IMG/VR virus record: IMGVR_UViG_3300042373_001362
Location: 84,356-148,355 of that record
DNA: 64,000 nucleotides
Reading direction: 5' to 3' (one strand)
From: a virus
This document shows, one piece after another, positions 10,457 to 20,481 of the stretch; positions within the stretch are counted from its first letter, which is position 1; every line of letters starts with the position of its first letter. Below the pieces are notes generated by a model that worked only from the letters and a program-made list of their open reading frames with translations, made no database searches and was not told where the DNA came from. The translations under genes and the position numbers were made by a program.

Positions 10457-11104
10457 ATGGCAGATGACAAAGGAAACAAGCCGGTAACCAGGGAGTTCCT
10501 GTCGGAAAGAGACGCCCGCATTTTTAAGATGCGTCAAGCTGGAACGTCTATACAAGAAATAGCTAGAAGATTTGGCGTTAGTAGTGGTGTTGTCTCTAAC
10601 GCAATTAAGCGACAACTAGAAAAGCTCAACAAAGAAGCAATGCTTGCTTACCCTGAGGTTCTCAGGATGGAGCTTGAGCGTTTGGACAACCTCCAGCAGG
10701 CGATATGGCCTATGACTCAACATCGCAAGGTCAGAATGGATGACGGCTCAGAGGTGTCTGTCGAGCCAGACATGAAAGCAATACAACAGGTACTGTCAAT
10801 CATGGATAGACGCACAAAGCTATTGGGCATGGACCATGTCAATGTAAATGTGCAAATGGAAGCAAATATGTCCAATGCCGACCCGGTCAAGGTAACGCTT
10901 GCTGGAGCAATTACCAATCAAGAGACAGAGAAGTTTGACCCAGAGTCCGAAGCTAAGAAACTTCTTGAACTTATGGGAGCATCGGGAATATTACCCCCAG
11001 ACATGATTAAGCAGCTTCTGGGTAACAGAGAAATAATTGATGCAGAAATAGTCGAAGAAGAAGAAGAGGAAATGACTCTCAGTATTGAGGAGTCAAAAGA
11101 ATGA
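10457..11104 (+). CDS. HTH DNA-binding protein, possible terminase small subunit
   Basis: N-terminal HTH (RQAGTSIQEIARRFGVS) and ELERLD..RRTKLLG segment. Confidence 0.5.
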   Translation: MADDKGNKPVTREFLSERDARIFKMRQAGTSIQEIARRFGVSSGVVSNAIKRQLEKLNKEAMLAYPEVLRMELERLDNLQQAIWPMTQHRKVRMDDGSEVSVEPDMKAIQQVLSIMDRRTKLLGMDHVNVNVQMEANMSNADPVKVTLAGAITNQETEKFDPESEAKKLLELMGASGILPPDMIKQLLGNREIIDAEIVEEEEEEMTLSIEESKE

Positions 11105-11418
11105 TGGAAAAGAACAAAAAAGCCAGAGAAGCAATTGACAAAGTCATGGAAGAAAATAAAGACATATCTATTGCCAACCCTGCAACAGCAAATGGTGAAA
11201 CTGTTGACAAACAGGTTCTTATTCGTGCATCAGAGGCAGACAGAGACAGATGGAAACAGGCTGCAGAAAAAGCCGGAATAACACTTTCTGCATGGATACG
11301 AGATTCTTTAAATAAAAGCGCATCTGAAGCCCTGGATTGCCCACACCCTCTCAACTTTAGAAGGTTTTACCCATGGGCAGAAATTTGCTTAGCTTGTCAC
11401 ACTAGGTTAAAAGGTTAG
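11101..11418 (+). CDS. Ribbon-helix-helix-like protein
   Basis: VLIRASEADRDRWKQAAEKAGITLSAWIRDSL. Confidence 0.55.
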   Translation: MMEKNKKAREAIDKVMEENKDISIANPATANGETVDKQVLIRASEADRDRWKQAAEKAGITLSAWIRDSLNKSASEALDCPHPLNFRRFYPWAEICLACHTRLKG

Positions 11419-11457
11419 TTTCCCTACCTAGCCCTGTATAAAAGTAGAATATCTTCT

Positions 11458-12549
11458 ATGGAAAATACACCAGAAGGCAATTCGGGGCGACGAAATAAAT
11501 GGCCTGACCAGAAGAACTCGGAACGAATAGCTGGTGCCGGGAGGGTAAAAAGGAAATTCCTCTCTGACAGGGTTGCCCCAAAAAACAAATCTGAGTTTTC
11601 TGAGCGGACCCCCATAAAGGCTCTCCCGGTTGAAGAAACCCTAGAGCTTCCCAAAATGCCTGCGCCTGACCCCAAAAGACTTTTTTCCGAGATGCCTACA
11701 GAGCAGATAGTGGAAATGGTTACCCCAGCATCTGCTGAGCAGTACTACGAAATGTGGAAAAGGTTTAACAATCTTGAAAACATGACCGACAAATCAGAAA
11801 AAAAATTTAAATCTGAGTTTGATAAGTGGATTGCCAAGCCAGAAAATGCTGTTGACTTTTCTGACAAAACCGTTGCCAGAGTAAAAGAAATCTTCAAAAA
11901 AGTTATAGACGAGTCACCAAAATTTGTTTCCGCTATTCAGAAGTTCGGTTTCCCAATAATTGTTGCAAAAACAGAAAATGCTGAAAAAGAAATAGTAAAG
12001 CAAATGTCTGGGGCCAAAGATGAAGAAGCACGAGAAAACAGCGAAGTAGCTATCGTCTCGGATGCATTCACTACAAGTATTGCAATACTTCCTTCCGCTA
12101 TTAAGTCGCTGTACCCAGACGGGGAAATGCTAGAAGAATCATCACTCATAAGTAGAGCGTCTATGCCAAAGATGGGTGAACCACTAATCGACTCCTCAGT
12201 GAACGGTCAAGTGCGTCATGAATGGTCTCATTATCTTATTTCATCTACTCTCAATAACTCAGAGAGGCTTTCTGCTACTTCAAGAATGAAGGACAGAAAT
12301 AATGCAAGACTTTTTGGTATTGCAGAAAAATACATGTCTGATTCGACAATGATGCCTCTTTTGGATAAAGAATTCTCTGAGACAAAAACTATGCCTAGAA
12401 CAATAACAAGATACGCACACTCAAATATGTTTGAGATGTTTGCTGAAGGGATAAATGCTTACTTGCACCCTGACACAAACTTCGAACGTTTTGTTATAAA
12501 TTCTGTTCTTAGAAAAGACATACAGTCAGCTCTCGGTGAGGACGAATAA
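11458..12549 (+). CDS. Putative zincin metallopeptidase
   Basis: HEWSH plus downstream TRYA..N..EMFAEG. Confidence 0.55.
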   Translation: MENTPEGNSGRRNKWPDQKNSERIAGAGRVKRKFLSDRVAPKNKSEFSERTPIKALPVEETLELPKMPAPDPKRLFSEMPTEQIVEMVTPASAEQYYEMWKRFNNLENMTDKSEKKFKSEFDKWIAKPENAVDFSDKTVARVKEIFKKVIDESPKFVSAIQKFGFPIIVAKTENAEKEIVKQMSGAKDEEARENSEVAIVSDAFTTSIAILPSAIKSLYPDGEMLEESSLISRASMPKMGEPLIDSSVNGQVRHEWSHYLISSTLNNSERLSATSRMKDRNNARLFGIAEKYMSDSTMMPLLDKEFSETKTMPRTITRYAHSNMFEMFAEGINAYLHPDTNFERFVINSVLRKDIQSALGEDE

Positions 12550-12921
12550 AAATGAGCGGATACGAAGACGAAGACGACATGCTTCTAGAGCAGTATCAGA
12601 GGTATGTTCTTTCCAATCCTGGAATACCGGAAGACTTTGATACTTGGGTTCAAAGCCAGGGAGAGACACACAGGCGTAAGCCTAAAAAACAGCGCCCTAG
12701 AAAATTCACGGACTACGGTGATTAATATGGCTTTGCCTTTTGATACAAAAAATCCAGATTCTGCTCTTGCATCTATAAAGATATCTAACAGCATTTTCTT
12801 AAGTCAAAACAATGACTTAATGGATTTAGTTGTAGTTGCAGAACACAATGATACGGTAAAAAAGAATCACCAAAAAGTCATTGAAGATTCGGCACAGATA
12901 GATTTAGAAGAAGAAGAATAA

Positions 12922-13125
12922 TTACTTCTTCATTACTGCTTTCATCTCTTTTTCGAGAATCTCTGCATACTCGTCGGAATGACGATGCTGCAAAACAAGC
13001 AAAGCCCTGCGACGTGCTTCTTGACGCTTATTGGTCATCTCTTTGCGTAGCTCGCGTTCCTCATCGCTGAGGCGAGGGCGACCACGAACAAGTCCTTTAT
13101 TTTTTAGTACATCGTACTCAGACAT
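12922..13125 (-). CDS. Hypothetical protein
   Basis: 67 aa with an AGGAG SD; RGRP motif. Confidence 0.6.
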   Translation of the reverse strand: MSEYDVLKNKGLVRGRPRLSDEERELRKEMTNKRQEARRRALLVLQHRHSDEYAEILEKEMKAVMKK

Positions 13126-13443
13126 AAAGTCTCCTTTTTTCTAGGTTGTTTTTAACCTATACACAAGCTGGTTACATTGCAACACCGGACGTCAAATATT
13201 TTCCGTTTTATTGTGGTGGCATTAATTCCCAAGGATGGTAGTGTCTGGGCGTGGAAGAAATAGACCGCTATCTTGCAGAGCTTTCAGAGCTCTATTCTTA
13301 CGACAATTTCTTTAGGGTTTCAGTAGAAAGCGTCATAGACCGAATTCTTGAAATCAGAACATCGCTTCCCAAGCCTCGCGAAATCATTATTGACGGTGAC
13401 GAGCTATCTAAATACTTTAGAGGGGACAAAGGAGGGGCATCTG

Positions 13444-13908
13444 ATGACTAGAAAAGAATATGACCTTCCACAAAGAACGTTCGACTTCAAGAAAGACCTT
13501 TCTTTTGGGCATCAGGGCGAGGACCTGGTTACTGGTTTTTTAGATTCTCTTTCAGCCGGAAGTTTTGAGGTCAAAACTGACAGGTACCGAAATGGAAGAA
13601 TGATTGTGGAAACCAACCAAAACCCCAAAGCCCTCCGTGACGAAAACGGCGAACAGGTATGGGTTCCTAGTGGAATAAACGTTACTACCGCAAAATGGTG
13701 GGTTTACGTTTTTGCGCTTGACGGCTCGTTCGTGATGGTTGACACCTCTCGACTGAGGCGCTATCTTCGTGCGAACAGAAATAAGTTCAATGAGTCAACA
13801 AAAAAATCTCTGGGCGGGGAAGACAACCCTGCTCGTGGGTTCTTGCTAATGGCCAACGATGTTCAAGATTTACTCATCAACCCTAAATACGATTCGGACA
13901 CAGAATAA
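13444..13908 (+). CDS. Putative PD-(D/E)XK-fold nuclease
   Basis: DL..G..GE...EVKTD..NGRMIVE; GGAGG SD before ATG 13444. Confidence 0.45.
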   Translation: MTRKEYDLPQRTFDFKKDLSFGHQGEDLVTGFLDSLSAGSFEVKTDRYRNGRMIVETNQNPKALRDENGEQVWVPSGINVTTAKWWVYVFALDGSFVMVDTSRLRRYLRANRNKFNESTKKSLGGEDNPARGFLLMANDVQDLLINPKYDSDTE

Positions 13909-14264
13909 TGGAAATGCCAGACCTACCGCCTTCTGAAAAAAGAAGCGAAGAGCGTAAGCAGCTGAAATTTTGGATTGAACAGTGTCATCGTTTTGAACAG
14001 CGGATTCTTGAACTAAAAGAAGATATCGCAACCCTTGAATCACAAAAGCTGACTGCTGAGGCCTTGCTCCATCACTGGTTCCCGGAAGTAATGGCATCTA
14101 GGTCAGAGTCGTACTTTGCTGCTGGCTGGCTTGTAGACCTAGACAAGAAACTGCCAGAAATGGACCAAGACATCCACGATGCAGCAATGCTTCTCGGAGA
14201 AATTCCAACATACTGGAACAGAGACTCTGAACCAGAATCAGCAGAACGCCGAATATATCCGTAA
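13908..14264 (+). CDS. Hypothetical protein
   Basis: TAATG-coupled 118-aa ORF. Confidence 0.6.
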   Translation: MEMPDLPPSEKRSEERKQLKFWIEQCHRFEQRILELKEDIATLESQKLTAEALLHHWFPEVMASRSESYFAAGWLVDLDKKLPEMDQDIHDAAMLLGEIPTYWNRDSEPESAERRIYP

Positions 14265-14270
14265 TCACTA

Positions 14271-14343
14271 GGGCTAGTAGCTCAGTGGTTAGAGCGCCAT
14301 TCTTATAAAATGGTGGTCGCGGGTTCAATTCCCGTCTAGCCCA
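14271..14343 (+). tRNA. tRNA-Ile (UAU)
   Basis: GGGCTAG/CTAGCCC acceptor stem, D arm, CCATT-CTTATAA-AATGG anticodon arm, GGTTCAATTCC T arm; no encoded CCA. Confidence 0.9.
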
Positions 14344-14361
14344 CTAGACAAAATAAAATGT

Positions 14362-14913
14362 ATGAGAAAAGACGAATCGCAACTACGTTTATCAGAAATG
14401 CCACAGCCGGTGTATTTGCGCTGGGCCAGAGAACCTGAGCGCAATAGTTACGATACAAAAACTTTACTCGACTACGACGGCTATAGATATCTGCATACCT
14501 GGCAGGCAGGTTGTTGCGCCATGTGTGGCAATGATAAAGCAAGCATGGTTCTTGACCATTGCCACGAGAGTGGACTAGCACGAGGATTTCTTTGCAGCCC
14601 GTGCAACACAAAAGAGGGAACTAGTTTCAACGACGTTGAGTGGGAAATCTACAGAAAGTTTCCACCAACTGTTTTGCTTGACTTGAAGTTTTACTACAAC
14701 GACTTCGGCAGAGCTCCATACCCTGTGCAGGCCGAGATATCTAAAGAAAAAGTGGATACAAAGGTCAAGACCTGGGATAACGAATTTTGTTATCAGGTCG
14801 TAAAAGAATACTGCAACTACAAGTCGAGCCTTCATTGGATAAATTCATCCGATATGAGGGAATTAATTAGAAAATCGATAGCATACGTTAGAGAAGCAAC
14901 TAGAAACGGATAA
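14362..14913 (+). CDS. Recombination endonuclease VII-domain protein
   Basis: CAMC..LDHCHESG..RGFLCSPCN. Confidence 0.85.
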   Translation: MRKDESQLRLSEMPQPVYLRWAREPERNSYDTKTLLDYDGYRYLHTWQAGCCAMCGNDKASMVLDHCHESGLARGFLCSPCNTKEGTSFNDVEWEIYRKFPPTVLLDLKFYYNDFGRAPYPVQAEISKEKVDTKVKTWDNEFCYQVVKEYCNYKSSLHWINSSDMRELIRKSIAYVREATRNG

Positions 14914-14915
14914 AC

Positions 14916-15113
14916 ATGGAAAACACCGAAACAACAATCGATTTTATCGACAACTGTGTAAAGTGCGACAAGTCACTGATTTCAGATGACGGAAAACGTA
15001 TAGGTGGATTAATGAGAAGCGTCAAGCTTGGTAACGCAACAATTTACGGCACCAAATGCTGGGAATGCGTAATGGCTCCCGATTCAGAAATTTGGAAAGA
15101 AGAACAGGACTAA
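14916..15113 (+). CDS. Small Zn-ribbon protein
   Basis: CVKC..CWEC. Confidence 0.55.
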   Translation: MENTETTIDFIDNCVKCDKSLISDDGKRIGGLMRSVKLGNATIYGTKCWECVMAPDSEIWKEEQD

Positions 15114-15123
15114 CATCCAATTC

Positions 15124-15200
15124 GGGCCCTTAGCTCAGTTGGTTAGAGCGCCGGACTCATAATCCGTTGGTCGTGGGTTCAAGTCCCACAGGGCCCACCA
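15124..15200 (+). tRNA. tRNA with CAU anticodon, probably Ile2
   Basis: Cloverleaf, loop CTCATAA, encoded CCA; GGGCCCTTAGCTCAG start resembles Ile2 tRNAs rather than fMet. Confidence 0.85.
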
Positions 15201-15217
15201 TTTACACAAAGGAAAAA

Positions 15218-15862
15218 ATGCCAGAATTAAACGCAAACACACCACCAGTGCATTGCTATGTGAGGGGTAACTTCCTAGCAAACCAAAAACATAGCCACGA
15301 CCTGAAGTTCCCTGTTGTTATCTTCGGAGTTGCATCCATTACAGACAGGGCACCAGTTTTCCACTTTCTGATGGAAGATGGCGGAGTTTGGTGGAGAGCT
15401 CCAATTAACGCTTTCTGTATGTATGAGGACAGCCCTGTTGTGGACATCCATGACCTAGTAATGTGGAACTGCTTCTCTCCGTACATCACTGTCACCACCT
15501 TTGAGCACATGCGTGGCAGGTCAATGACCTATGTGGACCGCCACAGAGAAGATGTAAACGGCAAGTACATGTTCACTCTCGACTGGCACCATCCGGACAA
15601 CAACATCATTGACTCAAATTATTCAATAAATTCAGCGAACCACAAATGCGGCCATGTAATTGAGCGAACAGACGGCAACTTTGCTATCCAGCCAAACAAT
15701 CGCGTACATCTCTGGGACCCTTCACACACAACTAAGAAGGGCGTTCACCTGATTGACCGTGAGGTAAGCGACCACATCTGGGGCGTGGAAGACGGCTCTA
15801 AATGGCTGACCTCTGATGATTATGCCTATAACTACGATGTCCAGAACATGGAAGAAAAGTAA
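15218..15862 (+). CDS. Phage hypothetical protein
   Basis: AAGGA SD; begins MPELNANTPP; true start lies after the tRNA. Confidence 0.7.
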   Translation: MPELNANTPPVHCYVRGNFLANQKHSHDLKFPVVIFGVASITDRAPVFHFLMEDGGVWWRAPINAFCMYEDSPVVDIHDLVMWNCFSPYITVTTFEHMRGRSMTYVDRHREDVNGKYMFTLDWHHPDNNIIDSNYSINSANHKCGHVIERTDGNFAIQPNNRVHLWDPSHTTKKGVHLIDREVSDHIWGVEDGSKWLTSDDYAYNYDVQNMEEK

Positions 15863-16025
15863 AAGACAATGGATAAATTTATCTGCATTTCATACCCAAA
15901 ATCATTGTTTGATGATGACCATGTTGACTACTGCGACATTGTAGAAATCCAGGACGACCGAACCGGCATCATTTGGGTTCGTGGTGTCGAAAAGGAAAAG
16001 GCAATGACTATCGCCAAGGCTCTCA

Positions 16026-16310
16026 ATGACGCAAGCAACAACCCAAAGGGGTGAAAATAGGCTCTCTATCGAGCCTGTCATGGCGATGTTCGCCGAAAAG
16101 GACCTCTGCGTCAACGACATAGGCGAGGTATGTGGGTTTTCTCGTAAGACCTACTATCGTCTAGTCCAAAATGGCGTCCCTTTAACCTGGGCCGAGAAGA
16201 TAGCCCACAGCTTGGGCCTCCACCCAACGGAGATTTGGGGCAGTGCATACACCATGCTCTGTGCGGCCGAGGACGAATTCTGTGCCCAGGAATCGCCTTC
16301 CGCCAATTAA
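16026..16310 (+). CDS. HTH protein (Ner/Cro-like); start uncertain
   Basis: AEKIAHSLGLHPTEIWG. Confidence 0.5.
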   Translation: MTQATTQRGENRLSIEPVMAMFAEKDLCVNDIGEVCGFSRKTYYRLVQNGVPLTWAEKIAHSLGLHPTEIWGSAYTMLCAAEDEFCAQESPSAN

Positions 16311-16489
16311 ACGCCCCACAGGGCTTCCCAGGCCCCAATCCGGGCCCCCACGCCCCCGCCCGACCGCAACTATCCGGCATCGTTAAGTTGTATTAAAGAA
16401 TCCAGCGCGCAGCGCTCCGCGAAATTTTTTAGAAAAACCAACAAGATGCAAAAAAGCCCGCTAAATTTATCCGAGAAGAACCGAGAAAG

Positions 16490-16795
16490 TTGAATATTAT
16501 GACCAACCCTCAACCGTATGTAGCAAAAAACGACGGAGCTACCATGCGTCACCGTCAAATGAGCCTCCGTTTGGTTAAATTTATCCACGAATACCGTGAA
16601 GAGAATGGATTTCCCCCGTCAGTACGAGAAATCTGTGCAGAAATGGGCTATAACTCGACAAGCTCCGGCAAAACTCTTCTAGAAAACACGCAAAAGCGTG
16701 GATGGATTCAGGTCAACACGAAAATTCCACGAGGAATCAAGATTCTGGACGAAGGAATGGCCGTGTTGCTGCAAGAAATTCAGGAAACTGAATAA
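16490..16795 (+). CDS. LexA-type N-terminal DNA-binding domain, no peptidase domain
   Basis: FIHEYREENGFPPSVREICAEMGYNSTSS..KRGWI..PRGIKI. Confidence 0.85.
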   Translation: MNIMTNPQPYVAKNDGATMRHRQMSLRLVKFIHEYREENGFPPSVREICAEMGYNSTSSGKTLLENTQKRGWIQVNTKIPRGIKILDEGMAVLLQEIQETE

Positions 16796-16882
16796 AAAAC
16801 GCCCCTTTGGATAAATCTATCCGGACAGAATCTCACTTCCGTTAGATTTTTAGGGGTACCAGCTCCTGTAAGGTACAGAATT

Positions 16883-17092
16883 ATGACACTACGTGACAAT
16901 AACCAGTACATGAGAGAGATTGTCGAACGATTTGAGCGTTACGACCACCCTAAAGCTCGTGCCTATGTGCAGTACTACAAAGAGAATGGCCATTTCCCGC
17001 CCGGAGTGTGGGATGACGTACAGATACTTGACATGCGATTCAACATGCAGATTGCAATGGGTGAACGCCCTGAGGATATTGAAGAAGACTAG
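16883..17092 (+). CDS. Hypothetical protein
   Basis: 69-aa ORF. Confidence 0.55.
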   Translation: MTLRDNNQYMREIVERFERYDHPKARAYVQYYKENGHFPPGVWDDVQILDMRFNMQIAMGERPEDIEED

Positions 17093-17234
17093 TCCTTCTG
17101 GGGAGTTTGGATAAATCTAGTGGAGATTTTGCGAACTCAAAAATTTGCGATTTTGACCCCCCCAGCCCGTGACGTCCCCCCGGAAGGTTTCACGGGGCTG
17201 CCTAGACCCCTTTCCCCGACCCCATACCCCACTA

Positions 17235-18362
17235 TGTACGGCACACGGCATAGCACACACGCAATCACATAGCACATACGCAACGCACACGCAAGCACAC
17301 AGCACACAGCACACACGCAGTGATACACGCACACGCACACACGCACACAATCGCTTATGGGTTGTATGGGTTGTATGGGTTGTACGGGTTACGGGTATCG
17401 CACACACACGCACACACGCAGTGTGTATCGCAATCGCACACCACACCACATCACACGCAATCGCCCACCACACCACATCACACGCAATCGCACACATACG
17501 CAAACGAATACACACACATCACATCACACAGTGACGTCACACGCAGTGACGCAACACATCATCACATCACATCACATCACAACGCACACATACACATACG
17601 CACACACAGTGACACATCACATCATCACGCACGTATCGCATACACACATCACACGCACACACACGCACACGCATAGTGTCATCACATCACATCACATCAC
17701 ATCACATAGTGACGCACACGCAGTGACACACGCACATCACACATCACACACACACGGTGACGCACGCACGCACGCACACGCATAGGTACGCATAGGTACA
17801 CACATAGGTACACACGCATACACACACGCACACGCACATAGGTCGCTAGGCGTCACGGGTTGCCTTCGGGTTACACACACACATAGGTACATACACATAC
17901 ACACACATAGCGCACGCTATGTCACTCACCTACATAGGCATACACCACATCACCCCATAGGCATACACCCCTACCCCCTATGCCCCCTACCTACATAGCC
18001 CACATACATACACACCCCTACACATCAGCTACCCCTAGTGAGGTGAGGCGCAAGGTGCTATGGGTAGCCCTACGGGTATCACACACATACCTAGTACCCA
18101 CCTAGTACCTACCTAGTACCTACCTACATAGGTACACATACATACATACCTACATACCTGCCTACCTGCCTACCCTATGTACCTACCTGCCTAGTATCCA
18201 TAGCCCTATCGCCATTAGCCCCATTAGCCCTATCACTATGCCCATACATACCACTGTCGTATCCATACATACACGCTACCCATACACACCCCTACATACC
18301 CCATTGCCCAATAGGCGAGGGACACCCCACCTACCCACACCCCATACACATACCCCATACAC
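17235..18362. repeat. Non-coding low-complexity tract (CACA/CGCA alternation, then CCTAC/CATAG units)
   Basis: Directly visible; strong C/A strand skew. Confidence 0.9.
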
Positions 18363-18404
18363 AAATGCTTGACTTTATCCACAAGGGGGATTACTGTAAG
18401 AGGT

Positions 18405-18695
18405 ATGGAAAACAGCACCACATACAGCACCTACTACAAGAGGCGCATAGCAGTAGCCAGCATCATCACTATCGTAGTGATGGTACTGTCCTACCTGCTA
18501 GGCACAGACATTGACAATGGCTATGACTACACCTGCCCTATGGCGAGCGTGACAGTAGAGCAAGGCGAGACACTTGCCAGCATCACAGAGAGATACTGTG
18601 AAGGTCACACACTCCAAGCAAGTTGGGACATAGCAGAGAAGCGTGGCACTAGCGCAGTGGACATAGGCGACATCATTCATCTAGGGGGCAAGTGA
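18405..18695 (+). CDS. Membrane-anchored LysM-like protein
   Basis: N-terminal TM segment; VTVEQGETLASITERY..IGDIIHL; leaderless after TTGACT-N17-TACTGT. Confidence 0.65.
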   Translation: MENSTTYSTYYKRRIAVASIITIVVMVLSYLLGTDIDNGYDYTCPMASVTVEQGETLASITERYCEGHTLQASWDIAEKRGTSAVDIGDIIHLGGK

Positions 18696-18696
18696 G

Positions 18697-19014
18697 GTGA
18701 AGCACATCAGCGAACTACTAACAGAGGTCGTGGCAAAACTTGTCGGTCAAGAGGGGGAGCAGATAGTATTAGAGGAGAGCGACAAGGAGAACGCAATGTC
18801 ATTAGACGACAACTCACACACACGAACACACGACAAGTTCGCACTCTGCCCACGTTGTGAAGGCTTTATCCCAAACAACGACACCCCAGGTGCTTACCCA
18901 GGTGCTATCTCACGACTAGACAACAAGACAGAAATCTGTTCAGAGTGTGGAACGATTGAGGCAATGCTTGATTGGCAAGGTGAACTCACTGATTGGCGTA
19001 AGCCACAGGAGTAA
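18697..19014 (+). CDS. Small Zn-binding protein; probable start 18796
   Basis: CPRC..PGAISRLDNKTEICSECG; a copy of the array promoter at 18740. Confidence 0.55.
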   Translation: MKHISELLTEVVAKLVGQEGEQIVLEESDKENAMSLDDNSHTRTHDKFALCPRCEGFIPNNDTPGAYPGAISRLDNKTEICSECGTIEAMLDWQGELTDWRKPQE

Positions 19015-19043
19015 AAACATCACGTCACCTGTACTATTCAGGT

Positions 19044-19322
19044 ATGAATGATGAGCCAAAAGAACTAGCACTCGTAGCCTTCTCAATGGAGGAACTAAAC
19101 GAACTACGCCGAATACTCAAAGGCCACTGTCGCTCACTCGCAAACAGAGAAGCGAGAGGCGACGAAGTCCCGGCAATCAAAGTGGAGCTCGCCAACACAA
19201 TGCTCCACAATGTAACTGACACGCTGTTAGAGGTTGAGACATACGACATCATTGGTGACGCAATGAGAGACGGCACGTTTGAGGAAGTCGTTAGAAGTTG
19301 GCAAGGCGACACGGGTGCTTGA
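19044..19322 (+). CDS. Hypothetical protein
   Basis: 92-aa ORF. Confidence 0.6.
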   Translation: MNDEPKELALVAFSMEELNELRRILKGHCRSLANREARGDEVPAIKVELANTMLHNVTDTLLEVETYDIIGDAMRDGTFEEVVRSWQGDTGA

Positions 19323-19352
19323 CGGGTATCCACTACACATAACGCATACATA

Positions 19353-19397
19353 ACAAAAGCCCCCTCTCCTGATTGCTCAGTGCGAGGGGGCTTTTGT
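19353..19397. terminator. Bidirectional terminator between convergent genes
   Basis: ACAAAAGCCCCCTC..GAGGGGGCTTTTGT. Confidence 0.75.
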
Positions 19398-19438
19398 CTA
19401 AGAGGGATTGGAATGGAAACGCTCCCCCTTAGTTCTTG

Positions 19439-19888
19439 TTAGAACGGCTCGTCATCTGCTCCGACATTAGCGAGTGTGCGCTTTGTGTTGGGGCGTGGGG
19501 CATTGGTGCGAGCACCACCCTGACCACCTTCTGAACGCTGACGGCGAGTTACCTGCTCAATGGCTGAGGTGTTGATAGCGATTTGCTCTGCTACTACCTC
19601 AACTGCTGAACGGGTGTTGCCTTCTTTGTCCTCGTAGGTGCGCTGTTCCAAGCGACCGATTACTACAACGCCAATTCCTTTTTCCAAAGTCTTTGCTGCG
19701 TTTTCTGCTGTGTATCGCCAAGCAACAACATTCACGAAAGAAGTCTTTTCCTGCTTTTCGTTGTTGGCGTCGTACCAAACATAGTTCACTGCTACTGAGA
19801 AGCCAAGTCGTGCTTGACCACTCGTTGTAAAGGTGAGTTCGGGGTCTTGGGTGATGTTCCCAATTACCGTGATTGGACTGTTATTCAT
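19439..19888 (-). CDS. ssb: Single-stranded DNA-binding protein
   Basis: ITVIGNITQDPELTFT; GRLEQRTYEDKEG; acidic DDEPF tail. Confidence 0.95.
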   Translation of the reverse strand: MNNSPITVIGNITQDPELTFTTSGQARLGFSVAVNYVWYDANNEKQEKTSFVNVVAWRYTAENAAKTLEKGIGVVVIGRLEQRTYEDKEGNTRSAVEVVAEQIAINTSAIEQVTRRQRSEGGQGGARTNAPRPNTKRTLANVGADDEPF

Positions 19889-20030
19889 TTCATCTCCTTG
19901 TGGGGCTAGGAGACTTACGATAACAGCTCACTACACCTCACGCAACACCGAAACGCCATTTTCTTTTACGACAACATTTTACACAGGGTCGTGGTTGTGA
20001 TAGCCTCTACGGGTGGGCTAGGGTGACCAA

Positions 20031-20372
20031 ATGACAGACACACCCAAGACCCCCGAACAGAGCGAAGCCTTCATAGCAGTAGTGACAGCAGTCGGAGACG
20101 CTCTCTTTCTGCTCCTCTCTGATGAGACATTCACAGAGGACGAAATAGAAAGTTTTAGTGCTGACACCAATGAGGTAGCCATTCTTGCTCTCGGAGCGTT
20201 TGACCCACAGGTGATTGACACAGAAACACTCGGTGACGGCTCAAAGAAGTTCACATTCAGTATGACTATCCCGACTACTGACACTTTTGACACATTCTGG
20301 AACCACTACAAAGAAGTCCTCGGAGAGTACCCCACAGATGACGACGATGAAGACGACGAAGACGAAGAATAG
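20031..20372 (+). CDS. Acidic hypothetical protein
   Basis: 113-aa ORF. Confidence 0.6.
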   Translation: MTDTPKTPEQSEAFIAVVTAVGDALFLLLSDETFTEDEIESFSADTNEVAILALGAFDPQVIDTETLGDGSKKFTFSMTIPTTDTFDTFWNHYKEVLGEYPTDDDDEDDEDEE

Positions 20373-20481
20373 TCAATAAACACAAGTGTCCTAGACACTA
20401 AAACACAGGTGTAAAATAGATACACACCAAACGCCCCCCTACTAACAGGGCAGTCCTATCCCCTTATCAAAGGAAAGACCA

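Noticed and set aside
15167-15217. ORF extensions into tRNA genes (also 23013-23102) and 25060-25347 over a cassette gene
   Set aside because: They overlap tRNAs or another gene; downstream starts fit SD or signal-peptide evidence
17117-18430. His/Thr-rich and Cys/Val-rich ORFs across the CA tract
   Set aside because: Translation artefacts of low-complexity DNA; open in several frames, no credible starts
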